From Octopus sinensis (taxonomy: Eukaryota): a stretch of 25,313 nucleotides of DNA. Shown one piece after another: positions 10,575-22,615 of this stretch; position 1 is the stretch's first letter, and each line of letters opens with the position of its first letter. Location of the stretch: positions 1 to 25,313 of the forward strand of contig NW_021836067.1 of the NCBI RefSeq assembly GCF_006345805.1. Direction: 5' to 3'. Below the pieces are notes generated by a model that worked only from the letters and a program-made list of their open reading frames with translations, did not search any database and was not told the origin of the DNA. Position numbers and translations under genes: made by a program.

Positions 10575-10931
10575 CGGTTTTTTTGACTATTTATTAAAAT
10601 TTTATGTATTGATTAAGTCTTTCCTTGTTTGTTTTGCAAAATAGTGGTTTTGTCTCGAATAATATTTTATATATATATATATATATATTATATCTTTAAA
10701 ATAATTAGGAGGAAAATTAATATAATTTGATTAATATCAATTTAAAACCAGTGATCTAGCATATTAAAATCTGAAGGTACAGAAAATTATATTACTTACA
10801 TATAAGAGGTATGACCACTATGTGGACAACCCTTATGCTAGAAGTAGATCTGCTATGGTCTTAACACTAAGAAAGAAATGTTCTCAAGAAAATTTAGCAA
10901 ACGCAAGAACGGAAGCGAGCACGACAGATGG

Positions 10932-11042
10932 AAGGCTTTGGCCGGCCTGAGGCTATAGTAGAAGGTGCCATGCAGTGGGACTGAACCCGGAGCCATGTGG
11001 TTAGTAAGCAAGCTACTTACCACACAGCCACTCCTACGCCTA
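10932..11042 (-). mobile_element. Group A SINE 5' fragment with internal deletion
   Basis: GCAGTGGGACTGAACCCGG...GCAAGCTACTTACCACACAGCCACTCCT is near-identical to 1869-1931, but ACACTTGCCCAA is missing. Confidence 0.85.
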
Positions 11043-11384
11043 CAAATATTTGGAATTTGAATTTTATATATTTATATAAACATCCGGTTCTAGGAATATT
11101 TACCGTTCTCTCGCGGTTTTTACCAAACGCTTTTTAACAGCGAAGTATTTTCCAAGGGTAGTTTGCATATTTGACTACTCGTAAAGTGCCTCGTTCTTGA
11201 GTTTTTCTAAATAATAGAAATGAACATGAATTTAAGTAAAAAACAGTTTCTTCACATTTTCATGTTATTTTATTGAATTATATTTTATTTATCAGCTGTT
11301 TCAACATATTTTATTTTATCTTATTTTATTTTATTTAAAGAATTATATTTCTTTTCTTTTCTTTCTCTTCCTTTCTTTCTTTTT

Positions 11385-11650
11385 AACATTGTGACTTTCT
11401 ATTCTTATACTCTGTAAACCTAATGCGTTTACCTCTCTCGTATCGTTACTTCGTTCTCTCTTCACTCAGTTTCCCAAAGATATGTCGAAGTACAGTGAAA
11501 GCTATTATCAAATTGACTTCTCTTTTTATAATTGGAAAATGAACTTGAAAAATCTTTATAGAATCTTCCATACATTTAAGCTATATAATTTATTTTAGTC
11601 ACTTTTATTGTTTATTTAAGCAACAATTAAATGTTTTCCCTCTACTGTCA
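11385..11650 (-). mobile_element. Highly degenerate Penelope-like GIY-YIG domain remnant (purine-rich minus strand extends to ~12300)
   Basis: Minus translation across frameshifts gives VEGKHL, YIA, GRFYK.FSSSFSN, STVL/TYLW.KL and EYKNRKSQC. This is the order expected for CPLEGKCL..YIG..RFY.H..SF..STALS.YIW.LK..PY.NG.K.C in Penelope endonucleases. Confidence 0.5.
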
Positions 11651-12597
11651 TATATGTCAATTTCCATCTCTGTTTATTTTTTTCATTCTTTTCTTTATAT
11701 TAATGAGATTTTGTTTATATCACTTTTTTTGTTCTTTCATTTATTATTCAACACTCCATTAAATTGAATACATTTACAACTCCCACTTGCCAGCTTTCTT
11801 CTCCACACCCACCCGGCTACGTACTGACACTATCACAAACATAATATTTTCTTATTTCCGTTTACACACTCCATATATAAGTATATCATTTCTTTCTCAT
11901 CTCCAAGTCTTTTCTTTAACAGGCACATCTTCTCTCTGCTTTTTCTTCCCTTCCAATTGAACACTTCACAGAATCGAATTACTTCAGCTCTTTACCTTCT
12001 TTTACTTTTTCCATACTTCTATATTCAGCCAATAACATATACACAAGGTCTAAAATTCCTTATTCTGCTACAGAACTATCCCTAATGAATATATCATTTC
12101 TCCATAAAGCTAATTCTAGCTGTTGTTAGCATATCCTAGCAAAATATTCTCCTTTTTACTTGCTGTTATTTTTCTTCTCTATCCTTCCGTTAAATTTCTT
12201 TATTCAGCCCTAGCTATTTGCTCATGTCCCAACAATTTTCTCCCTGACTTCTCTCCATTTTAAGGCATTATTTTATAGGCTCATATCTAAATCGTAAACC
12301 ATTTTCAATGAGAAAATTTTAAGATTTAAGAATCGGGCTACTTATAAACTTCAATTTCAAAACACATATAATACTTTACAAGACAGAAATTTATTAGAAA
12401 AATGCCTTTATATTTGAGAAAGCGCTGACGAAACTCAGCATAAGAGAGCTGTAAAAAATTCTAAACGTTAAAAGCTATCGTTACGTCCAGTACACACATA
12501 CGCCTATATACCCACATAAACTCACACAGGAATACATACACACAAATAAACACACGCACACACACACGTTTGTATAAGGACAGGTTCATGCATAATG

Positions 12598-12690
<93 letters not shown>
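12598..12690. repeat. (TA)n microsatellite
   Basis: Directly visible. Confidence 0.95.
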
Positions 12691-12754
12691 GCATATGTAT
12701 ATAGATGTGTATATATAGAGACCGCCATGTTGATTCGTTAGCTCCTGCACGCAT

Positions 12755-12893
12755 TCTTTTTCTCTCCTTGTTTGTCTCCGTGGTTCTTTTCTGTGTGTCT
12801 TTCTGTCGAAGAGCGTAGGCTCGAAACGTAAAAGACTTGTTTTATTTCTATTCCTGCCTTCGTCTTTTGTTTATTTTCATAAAGCTTCCTATT
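12755..12893 (+). mobile_element. Short non-coding hammerhead-bearing repeat, copy 1
   Basis: Colinear with 25163-25313 (minus); both end AAAGCTTCC..TT directly against (AT)n. Confidence 0.75.
12797..12836 (+). ncRNA. Minimal hammerhead motif with variant core (CUGUCGA)
   Basis: GUCUUU-CUGUCGA-A-GAGC(GUAG)GCUC-GAAA-CG-UA-AAAGAC. Perfect 6-bp stem I, 4-bp stem II and ACGU palindrome, but core A6 is U. Confidence 0.65.
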
Positions 12894-12956
12894 ATATATA
12901 TATATATATATATCAAGCAATCTCCCTCTCTCTATCTATTCATCCATCCATCCCTC

Positions 12957-12957
12957 C

Positions 12958-13035
<78 letters not shown>

Positions 13036-13048
13036 TTATCTATCTATT

Positions 13049-13095
<47 letters not shown>
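12957..13095. repeat. (TCTA)n tetranucleotide repeat
   Basis: Directly visible. Confidence 0.95.
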
Positions 13096-13096
<1 letters not shown>

Positions 13097-13135
13097 CATC
13101 CACCCAGCCATTTTTTATCTGTCTATCTATTTATA

Positions 13136-13260
13136 TACGAGGGGTATATGAAAAGTTCTACTTCTCATTTAGAGCAATTAATGACAATATGATGCTTCGA
13201 AAGGTAGTTGCTCCCGCGAACCAAAATGAAATTTTCTGATTTGCGGGGGATCAAAGTTGG
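13136..13260 (-). mobile_element. mariner-like element 3' end (transposase C-terminus plus TIR)
   Basis: TA-CGAGGGGTATATGAAAAGTT resembles a mariner TIR start. Minus translation IPTLIPRKSENFILVRGSNYLSK resembles the mariner C-terminal I.KL..RW.KCI...GDY.EK motif. Confidence 0.55.
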
Positions 13261-13591
13261 TATCAAAAACAGGACAGTGAAGCCATACAACAAACGAAAC
13301 CAAAACAAACGTGAAGGGCCGTTAGGCCAGAGGAGGTAAGGTAGCGAACACTGGAGGAATATTGTCTTTGACAAGAGAACAGAGAGAAGGGGAGAAAGAG
13401 AAAATTAGTCTGGTCTGTATGACAGACTGAAAGGAATGAAAGAAAGAAAGATGGACGATGGTCATGTGTGTGAGAGAGAGAAAGAGAGAAAACTAGAAAG
13501 ATGGAGAGAAAGAGATTGATAGAAAACGGTGAAGGGGAGAAAAAAGAATTAGAGAGAAAGTATATAAGCTTATGAAATATAATATCGCCAT

Positions 13592-13795
13592 AAGACGGTA
13601 ATTTGGCATAATCGTTAGCACGCTGGACGAAATGCTCTGCGTCATGTCGTTCTTTACGTTCTGAGTTCAAATGCCACCAAGGTTGACCTTTCATTTTGTA
13701 TACCCGGGTTTGATAAATTAAGTACCAGTTGAAGACTTTGGTCAATACAATCAACTCACAAATCCCTCGAAGTTTCTGGCCTTATGCCAAAATTT
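13592..13795 (+). mobile_element. Group C SINE-like repeat, single copy
   Basis: AATCGTTAGCACGC...TACGTTCTGAGTTCAAAT...GATAAATTAAGTACCAG...CCAAAATTT matches the copies at 17353-18123 and 22067-22615. Confidence 0.8.
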
Positions 13796-14122
13796 AACAC
13801 GAAAATATATGAACGCACTCACACGTATATACATATATATTAATGAATACACACATACATATATATATATTATGCGTTTATGTGTGTACCTATGCATTAT
13901 TCGATACATAAACACCCGAACACTCCTGGTACATACACATACGGTCACACGCACACTGAAACTGACACACACGATATTTCTTAAATTTATGGCAGCGAGC
14001 CAATACCATTATTCAGAAGTCATATATATCATTATTATTACTGTCATGTCTGCATTATCTCCCCCTTCTTTTTAATTCTGTTTTTTTTCCCTCCTTTCTA
14101 TATGTTAGAAAATGTGTATATA

Positions 14123-14157
<35 letters not shown>

Positions 14158-14159
<2 letters not shown>

Positions 14160-14316
14160 CTATATATATGCATATATAAACACGCCTTTATTTATGTTTG
14201 ACTGTAAGCATATATATATACACACACAACATATATATATTCATATATATATATACATATGTATATGCATGTATATAATATATATATATATATATATACA
14301 CTCATATATATATATA

Positions 14317-14377
<61 letters not shown>

Positions 14378-14500
14378 TATATATATGCATATATGAACAC
14401 GCCTTTATTTATGTTTGACTGTATGCATATATATATATATATGTAAAATATATATATATATATATATACCACACACAAACATATATATATATTAATACAC
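14158..14500. repeat. Local tandem duplication, 217-bp offset, embedded in (TA)n
   Basis: AACACGCCTTTATTTATGTTTGACTGTA is identical at 14179-14206 and 14396-14423. Confidence 0.85.
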
Positions 14501-14513
14501 ATACATACATACA

Positions 14514-14578
<65 letters not shown>

Positions 14579-14849
14579 TTGTATGAATATATGTATGCAT
14601 ACATATGTGGTGTATGCAGGCGTGTGTGGAAGTGTGTGGTGTTCATTGGTTGAAGAGAGTTAAAGAAGACATTTAAACGTATTCGACTATTTTCACGATT
14701 TATTTCAGAACGCTAAGATGCTCCCGTTTGAATTTATAGTATCATATAGCAGATTTATACATACAGACACCATTTTATTTTTGTTGTTGCCGCTGTTAGT
14801 ACCGTCGTTGTCGTTTTACGTCTATGGTCTCTAGTTTCCATTCAACTGT

Positions 14850-14929
14850 GATATATATATATACATACATATTATATATATAATATATATATATCTTATA
14901 CATACATATATAAGATATATCATATGATC

Positions 14930-14978
<49 letters not shown>

Positions 14979-15001
14979 ACATATATATACATATACTATA
15001 T

Positions 15002-15032
<31 letters not shown>

Positions 15033-15044
15033 TATATATATACA

Positions 15045-15075
<31 letters not shown>

Positions 15076-15270
15076 ACACACACACATATATATATGTATA
15101 TACATATACATATATATTATATATATACATATATTTATATATATATATATATATTATATATATATACATAAATATGCATATATATATGTGCGTAAATATA
15201 TATGTACAAATATAAATGATATATATTATATATATATATGTGTGTGTGTTTGTGCATTTATGTATGTATG
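14850..15270. repeat. Degenerate (TA)n tract
   Basis: Directly visible. Confidence 0.95.
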
Positions 15271-15589
15271 TATTTATATTTGTATAGATTTATGCCTGTT
15301 TATCTTTGTTTTTGCTTTTGTTTTTATTTAATTAAGAAATAGATAACAACGAAGCGATGTGTTTTAATTATCATGATTTAAGATGTAACATAAATTAGAC
15401 CTTTTATTCGTTTATTTCTGTATTTGTTTGTTTGTTGTTTCGTTTATTCATTTATATAGTTGTTTATACGACAATAGGAATAACACCAACAACATTAACG
15501 GCAACAACAACAACAACACCAACAAAATCAATAACAAATATATATCCTGTGTGTGTTTTAAAAATGTTTAAACAACGGAACGACGATAA

Positions 15590-16222
15590 TAATATTAACA
15601 ACGTACACATCAACGAAAATAACAACATCAATAATAATAATAATAATGATGATGATGATGATAAAGATAATAATAACAATAGTAATAATAATAATGAAAG
15701 TAATAATAATGATGATGATGATAATAATAATGATAACGATAATAATAATAATTATAAGATAATAATAATAATAATAATAATAATCATAATAATAATAATA
15801 ATAAAAAATAATAATAATAATGATAATAATAATAATAATAATAATATAATAATAATAATGATGATAATAATAATAATAACGATAATAATAATATAATAAT
15901 AATAATAATAATAATATAATAATATAATTGATAATAATATAATAATAATATAATAAAATAATAATAATATGATGATAATATATAATAATAATAATAATAA
16001 AATAATAATAATAAAATATAAAATAATAATAATAATGATGATAAAATATATAATAATAATAATACTTATGATGATGATATAATAATAATAACGATAATAT
16101 AATAATATATAATAATAATATAATGATAATATAATAAATACTATAATAATAATAATAATATAATAATATAATAATAATAATAATAATAAAATAATAATAA
16201 TAATGATGATAATAATATAATG

Positions 16223-16256
<34 letters not shown>

Positions 16257-16265
16257 TATTAATAA
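15590..16265. repeat. Long degenerate (AAT)n/(GAT)n trinucleotide tract
   Basis: Directly visible; source of the poly-N/I/L/Y ORFs. Confidence 0.95.
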
Positions 16266-17154
16266 TAGCAAAAACAAATTCTTGTATCAGAAAACACAAT
16301 ACATAATTGAACGAAAGAGAAAAATAATAAAAATATGGCGTTATATTCACACAAAACGCACACACACAACACACACATACACACTGACAAACACACAGAT
16401 AAACACACACATGCTTACCACACAAATACACACACATATATATATACATACACATAAAGGTGCACTTATATCAAATAGAAACACACATACACTCACTCAC
16501 ACGCGCACACACACACACATATACACATATACACCAAAACACAGGAAAGGTTAGAGAGTAAAGAAATAATAAAAATTTATTTCATAGTACTTCCATTTTA
16601 TTATAATTAACATTATTTAATAAATTTCAATATTGAATTATTTAAACTGATAATTGAAATACGACTTGGTTTTGTATTCAATTTATTTTATTTTAATGTT
16701 ATTGTATTTTTATTATATTTTGGTTAATTGTTGAAATATTAATCAAGAGAAATGAATTTATCTCTCTCACGCATCTTTCTATGTATCTTGAAGGTTTTAT
16801 TGCTATGATTATTGTTCTTGCTGTCTTGTTGTTGTTGTTGCTGTTGTAGTTCTTCTTCTTCTTCTTCTTCTTCCAATGAGGACTCACGCCATTAGTCACA
16901 AAGAATACTCTCTAATTCGAGCCTACTTTAAGCTACTAAGAATGTGTGCGGCAACTTGAAGATCCACTCACCACACGTGATAGATTGGTGGTTGCACGGG
17001 CGCCAAAGCTACGTTGTTATCCTCATTCCGTAAACGGTGGATTTTAACGGGTGGAGAGCTTAACCATCATAGGGTACAGAGGATTCGCAATTTAAACTAG
17101 GGTCTGAAAGTTTACTACACCATAATGGGTTACACCATGGTTCCTCTGCTTTTT

Positions 17155-17337
17155 GGCAGAATTAGGAAGAATGAGCGATGGAAAGTTGTGAAAGAGTACA
17201 GCGGGGTTCTCCACCCCCACCTCTTGGAGCTAAGTTGTTTTTGCTCAATAAACACTCACAATGCCCGGTCTGGGAATCGAAACCGCGTTCTTACGACCGC
17301 GCGTCCGCTGCCCTAACTACTGGGCCATTGCGCCTCC
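17155..17337 (-). mobile_element. 3'-truncated tRNA-derived SINE (group B, head type 2)
   Basis: Minus GGAGGCGCAATGGCCCAGTAGTTAGGGCAGCGG...GGTTTCGATTCCCAGACCGGG...TTGTGAGTGTTTATTGAGC has the same head as 22913-23282. Confidence 0.85.
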
Positions 17338-17352
17338 GCTGTTGTTTTTGTA

Positions 17353-18123
17353 AAGGTTGAGAGTTGCGAGAATCGTAATCACATCAGGCAAAATGCTTAG
17401 CAGCCTTTCGTCTCTTTTTGCCCTCTGAGTTCGAATTCTGCTGAAGTACCACTTTGCTTTTCATACTTTGGTGCTCGATAAAATATATAACAGTTAAGTA
17501 CAAGCGTCAATGTAATGAATTGACCCTTCCTAGCCCTAATAAACTGTTGTCCTTGCCCCAAAATTAGTCAATATTATCGTTGTTGTTAAGGTAATGAGCT
17601 GGTAGAATCGGTAACAGAACGCTTACTGGTATATCATGCGTCGCAACGTTCTGAGATTAGTTTCCGCCAATGTCGACTGTGGCTTTTATCCTTTAGAGAA
17701 AATAAGTACCAGTGGTGCATTTGGGGCGATATATTCGGCCTCCACTCTACCTCGAACTTGCTGATCTTGTGCCAAATTTATTGTTGCTGTTGTTAAGGCG
17801 ACGATCTAAGTGAATCGTTCGCACATTAGACAAAATGCTTAGCGGTATTTCGTTCGTATTTCAGGCCTTGTACCTCTAGCAAAAGCATTATTATTGCTGT
17901 GGTGGTTGTTGTGGTTGTTCTGGAATCGAATTCCAGACCTTGTGCCTTTAGTGGCAAACATTATTATTGTTGATGTTGTTGTTGGTAAGGTGGTGAGCGG
18001 GGTGAATCGTTCGCACGTTCGGCAAAACGGTAAACGGCATTTCGCCCGTCTTTACATTCTGAGTTCAAATTCCACCGAAGTCAACTTTCACTTTCGTCTT
18101 CCCGTAATAAATACCATTTGCTC
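17353..18123 (+). mobile_element. Head-to-tail array of four group C SINE-like units plus one 3' fragment
   Basis: Units start AAGG(C/T).. at ~17353, 17588, 17795 and 17987, each preceded by (GTT)n. They share GAATCG, AAAATGCTTAGC, TTCTGAGTTC and AATAAGTACCAG. Confidence 0.8.
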
Positions 18124-18444
18124 GCACGAGGCAAGTCCACACAGTGGATTCGAAATCGGATGAACAGTTTCATGAAGCGCTCTTTTTCTTCTCTTTAATC
18201 ACACGCCCACACTCCATCCCGCGCAGCCCCATCGTCTCATTTATTTTCTCGAACTATGTATGACATTTATCGACTCGGTCAATTACGTGTCGAGAGTATT
18301 ATGCAAGATTGATATTCTCATTTTAGCGATTATGTGCTGGTGTTTATCTGCTATCTCTTCTTTCGCCAAAGTAGATGATAACACACGCAATGATATCATT
18401 ATCGTTATCCAGTCTTATCGATATCTAGAAAGAATCTTAACATA

Positions 18445-18540
18445 TATGTGTGTGTGTGTGTATTATATATACAGAGATAGATAGAAAGATAGGTAGATAG
18501 GTTTGATGGATAGATAGTTATGTATATATATATATATATA

Positions 18541-18584
<44 letters not shown>

Positions 18585-18700
18585 AGAGAGAGAGGGCGAT
18601 AAAGAGATAGAGAGAGATGGATAAATAGATAGATAGATTGATAAATATATAGATAATAGATAGATAGGTAGATAGACAAAAACACACACACGTATATATG

Positions 18701-18753
<53 letters not shown>

Positions 18754-18970
18754 TATATATGCATGTACAAATATATGTGTGTATGTGCGTGTGTGTATAT
18801 ATATATATGTATATGCATGTACAAATATATGTATGTGTGTGTGTGCGTATATATATATATATATCCACCCAACAGCTGTCTGTATATCTCTATATTTATA
18901 TATTTATGCGTCTCTCTACATATGTATATATGTATTCATGTATGTATGTATGTATGCATGCACATACATA
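18445..18970. repeat. Compound (TG)/(GATA)/(TA)/(GA) microsatellite
   Basis: Directly visible. Confidence 0.95.
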
Positions 18971-19674
18971 CACCCACACATATTTTAAATATATACTCGC
19001 ACAGTAATAATTTCTTGTATAATTACAACAAAATGGAATTTAGAAATGAAATTGAGTAATGTTTTGGTTCTTCCCAAGGGACATAAACGAAATGAAATAA
19101 CTGTAATTGTTAAATCGAAATTCAACGTTAATATTATTGTTGTTGTTGTTTGTGTTATTCTTGACGATGTTGTTACTGTTTTTGTTGTTGTTGTCATTGT
19201 GTAACTGTAGGTTAACTCTGAGCTGGTAGATCTTTATATACAATTGAATCGTGATATAGTACCTCCTGGAGTGTATTTCAAACGAGATTGCACGAAAGCT
19301 TTCTCCTGCCCTAAGGCTCTCACGGGTTTCTACTCGTTATTAACTTATATTTCCATAGGCACTAGAAGGATACTTTGTTTCGTTTTATTATTATTTATTT
19401 CTTTTCCTTTTGCCTTCCGAAGAACTTCCCTGAAAATGGAAATTCGCTCCTGAGCCACATGCTTTCGGTTTCCAGCATTTTCCCAGCACAGCATCTGACA
19501 CGAATTCTTCGTTTATGATTACACGAAATAATTTTACTGACCAATGACTTGCGGTGAAAATTTCTCTCTCTCTCTCCCCTCTCACTCTCTCATCTCTTTC
19601 ATCCGCGTCCACTCTCAACCTCTTCATCTCCCTATGTTCATATATTCATCCATATAGAAACATGCATATGCACA

Positions 19675-19883
19675 ATGGAGGTGCGTAGCTTAGTAGTTAG
19701 ACTATTGGACTCATGGTCGTAAGATTGTGGTTTCGATTCCTGGACCGGGCGACGCGTTGTGTTCTTGAGCAAAGCACTTCCTTTCATGTCGCTCCAGTCC
19801 AAATAACTGGCAAAAAAATGAGTAATCCTGCAATGGACTGGCGTTCCGTCCAGGTGGAGATTAAGTACACACAATGAAACCGG
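19675..19883 (+). mobile_element. tRNA-derived SINE (group B head type 1 and central block, different 3' part)
   Basis: GGTTTCGATTCC...GACGCGTTGTGTTCTTGAGCAAAGCAC...GCTCCAGTCC...GGCAAAAAAATGAGT matches 848-1176. It then diverges into AATCCTGCAATGGACTGGCGTTCCGTCCAGG. Confidence 0.8.
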
Positions 19884-20103
19884 TGTGACACGAGAAAGTA
19901 ACTTCGCTTTATATGTGTTTATGGACTCATTATTGCAGACTGAATGATACGGTTTATAATTTGTATTGTTACATGTTTGGGCGGCGGTGGGGTTTGTACA
20001 GGTTGATTGGAGGTAAGAAAGACTAGGTAAATAGAATTAGGTCAATAAATGAATAAATTAAATAGAGACGACAGAGGAAATTTAAATATATATATATATA
20101 TAT

Positions 20104-20512
20104 AGACGTAGGAGTGGCTGTGTGGTACCAACCACATGGTTCCGGGTTGAGTCCCACCGTGTGGCACCTTGGGCAAGTGTCTTCTACAATAGTATCGGGC
20201 CGATCAAAGCCTTGTGAATGTATTTGGTAGACGGAAACTGAAAGAAGCCCGTCGTATATATGTATACATATTTATATATGTGTGTGTATATGTTTGTGTG
20301 TCTGTGTTTGTTCCCCTCAACATCGCTTGATAACCGTTGCTGGTGTGTTTATGTCCCTGTAACTTAGCGGTTCGGCAAAAAGAGACCGATAGTGTAAGTA
20401 CTAGGCTTACAAAGAATAAGTCCTGTGGGATCGATTTGCTCGGCTAAAAGGCGGTGCTCCAGCATGGCCGCAGTGAAATGACTGAAACAAGTAAAGGAGA
20501 GTAAAAGAGAGT
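20104..20512 (+). mobile_element. Full-length group A SINE
   Basis: Colinear with the reverse complement of 1538-1937, with a short deletion in the head. Starts at the end of a (TA)n tract and ends with GTAAAAGAGA-type tail repeats. Confidence 0.88.
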
Positions 20513-20609
20513 ACAATATATATATAGTCTTGCTCAAGGACACGATTTGCGGGATGGGACTGATTCTACCATTGATACTACTACAGCAAACAACAATAGC
20601 GCTCTTGTC

Positions 20610-21245
20610 TCCTCCTCTGCCTCCTCCTCCTACTACTAATGCTACTGCTATTACTACTACTGCTACTACCACTATTACTACTACTACTACTTATAGTGTA
20701 ATGCCTTTTTTAGATTATGTTACTACTTTGGTGGACGGTCGTGCTAAGGGCTTAGGGATCTCGCTAAATATCACTGCCGGCCCTTGGGCATTACTGCGTA
20801 AACACTGCTGCAACTGCAGCTACTACTACTACTACTACTACTATTACTACTACTACTACTACTATTATTACTAATACTACCACTATTACTACTACTACTA
20901 CTACTACTATTACTACTACCACTAACAATAACAGCAACACGCCCGCCAACATCAGCGACAACTACACTATCACTGACACGGTTAACACTACAACCACCAC
21001 TAACACCAATAGCACCACTACCACTGCTAGCGCTGTCAACAACAGTGGTACCAATTTCATTACACCGTTGTGAAGAACATTCATACAGCCATCGTCAAGA
21101 TGAACAGGAACAACAAAAATAGCAAAAAAAAACATTATCACGATGACTACTACACAATCACCACTAACAACAACAGCAACAACAACAGCAGCAGCAACAA
21201 CAGCAACAACAACAGCAGCAACAAGAACAACAGCAACAATAACAT
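20610..21245. repeat. (ACT)n and (CAA/CAG)n trinucleotide tracts with interruptions
   Basis: Directly visible. Confidence 0.9.
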
Positions 21246-21609
21246 CAAGCAATCATATCACAATTTACAATCAACTACATGGTCATTTTGGCAGATTCTC
21301 AATATTTTAACAAGGCAAAATTACTTGCAGAGCCATTTTACATTATTTCCAATAACATTGATACATTATAAAAAAAAAATATATATGTATTTATTATTTT
21401 TTTTTACATATTGAATTCTTGCTGCTTTTTTGTTGTTGTTGTTGTTGGTGGTGGTGATCATGATTGGTGCTGTTCTATAGCCACCATCCTCAGCAACAAG
21501 TCAATTCTGTTCCGGTATATCTGTGATCAAAGGCTTTTTTTCTAACCGCCACCCTTATGTTTTCAGAGATATTTTTCAAATTTTTCAAGTCTATTATATA
21601 ACGCGGTCA

Positions 21610-21664
21610 ATTATTATATTATTATTATTATTTATTATTATTATTATTATTATTGTTATTATTA

Positions 21665-21728
<64 letters not shown>

Positions 21729-21738
21729 GTTATTATTA

Positions 21739-21778
<40 letters not shown>

Positions 21779-21805
21779 CATTATATTATTATTATTATTA
21801 TTTAT
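21610..21805. repeat. (ATT)n tract
   Basis: Directly visible. Confidence 0.95.
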
Positions 21806-22010
21806 GGGTTTTTCTTCTTCTTTCAAATTTGCTTCCATTTCTTGCCGAGTATCTTCCCGACTCCTAGGGCAAAGAAACTTATAGTATACATTGGTAGGCC
21901 ATTAAACTAAACTCACTAGTTCGTTCTTTTTTTTTGTTAAATTAAAATACATGGGTAGTAATAGTTCTCACATCGACAATGCTCTTCTCAATACGTGTGT
22001 ATTATTGTTG

Positions 22011-22054
<44 letters not shown>

Positions 22055-22066
22055 TCACATTTTTTG

Positions 22067-22615
22067 GGGTGGTGACCTAGTAGAACAGTTTACACGCCGG
22101 CGAAGTGCTCAGTGGCATTGCGTCCGTCTTAACGATTTGACTTCAGACACCACCGAGATCGACTTTTTTCCTAGTCATCTTTTCGGGGGTCAATAAAATA
22201 AGTACACAAGTTGAGCACTGGGGTCTATGTAACCGACTTAGCCCCTTCACCGAAATTGCTGCCTTTGTGCCAAATTTTAATTTATCATCATCATCATCAT
22301 CATTATTATTATAATTATTATTATTATATTATTATTATTATTATTATTAATATTATTATTATTATTATTATTATTATATGGCCTGAAGGCGGTGAACTGG
22401 CAGAATCGTTAGCACGCCGGGCGTAATGTTTAGCGGTATTTCGTCTGCTGCTACGTTCTGAGTTCGAATTCCGCCGAGGTGGACTTCGTCTTTCATACTT
22501 TCAGGAATCGATGAAATAAGTACCAGCTACGCACTGAGGTCAATGTAACTGACTATCCTCATTCTCCATTAGCATGCGGGAAGAATTGCTTAGCGGTATT
22601 TCGTTCTGGATCACT
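22067..22615 (+). mobile_element. Second head-to-tail array of group C units
   Basis: Units at ~22067-22282, ~22387-22567 (AAGGCGGTGAACTGGCAGAATCGTTAGCACGCCGGGCG) and partial ~22569-22615. (CAT)n/(TTA)n separates the first two. Confidence 0.82.

Larger units (their letters stand above)
8562..10660. other. Strongly C-depleted, T/G-rich tract ending in a hammerhead and (TA)n; probable Penelope-related element
   Basis: Hand count for 10180-10449 gives about 43 G versus 1 C on the plus strand. The skew starts after the MITE and ends at the (TA)n near 10660. Confidence 0.55.

Noticed and set aside
10800-10866. Minus-strand exon-like segment with good acceptor and donor
   Set aside because: All three frames contain stops. 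The plus strand weakly resembles a LINE RT C-terminal motif (LLTY..W T..ERNVLKKI), too degenerate to call.
12425-12475. CTGACGA...TAAACGTT hammerhead-like arrangement
   Set aside because: GAAA is absent and no clean stem I or stem II can be drawn.
19939-20012. Plus-strand exon-like segment (TTGCAG|...|GTAAGA) with one open frame LNDTVYNLYCYMFGRRWGLYRLIG
   Set aside because: Short polypyrimidine tract, no recognisable homology and no partner exon; compatible with chance.
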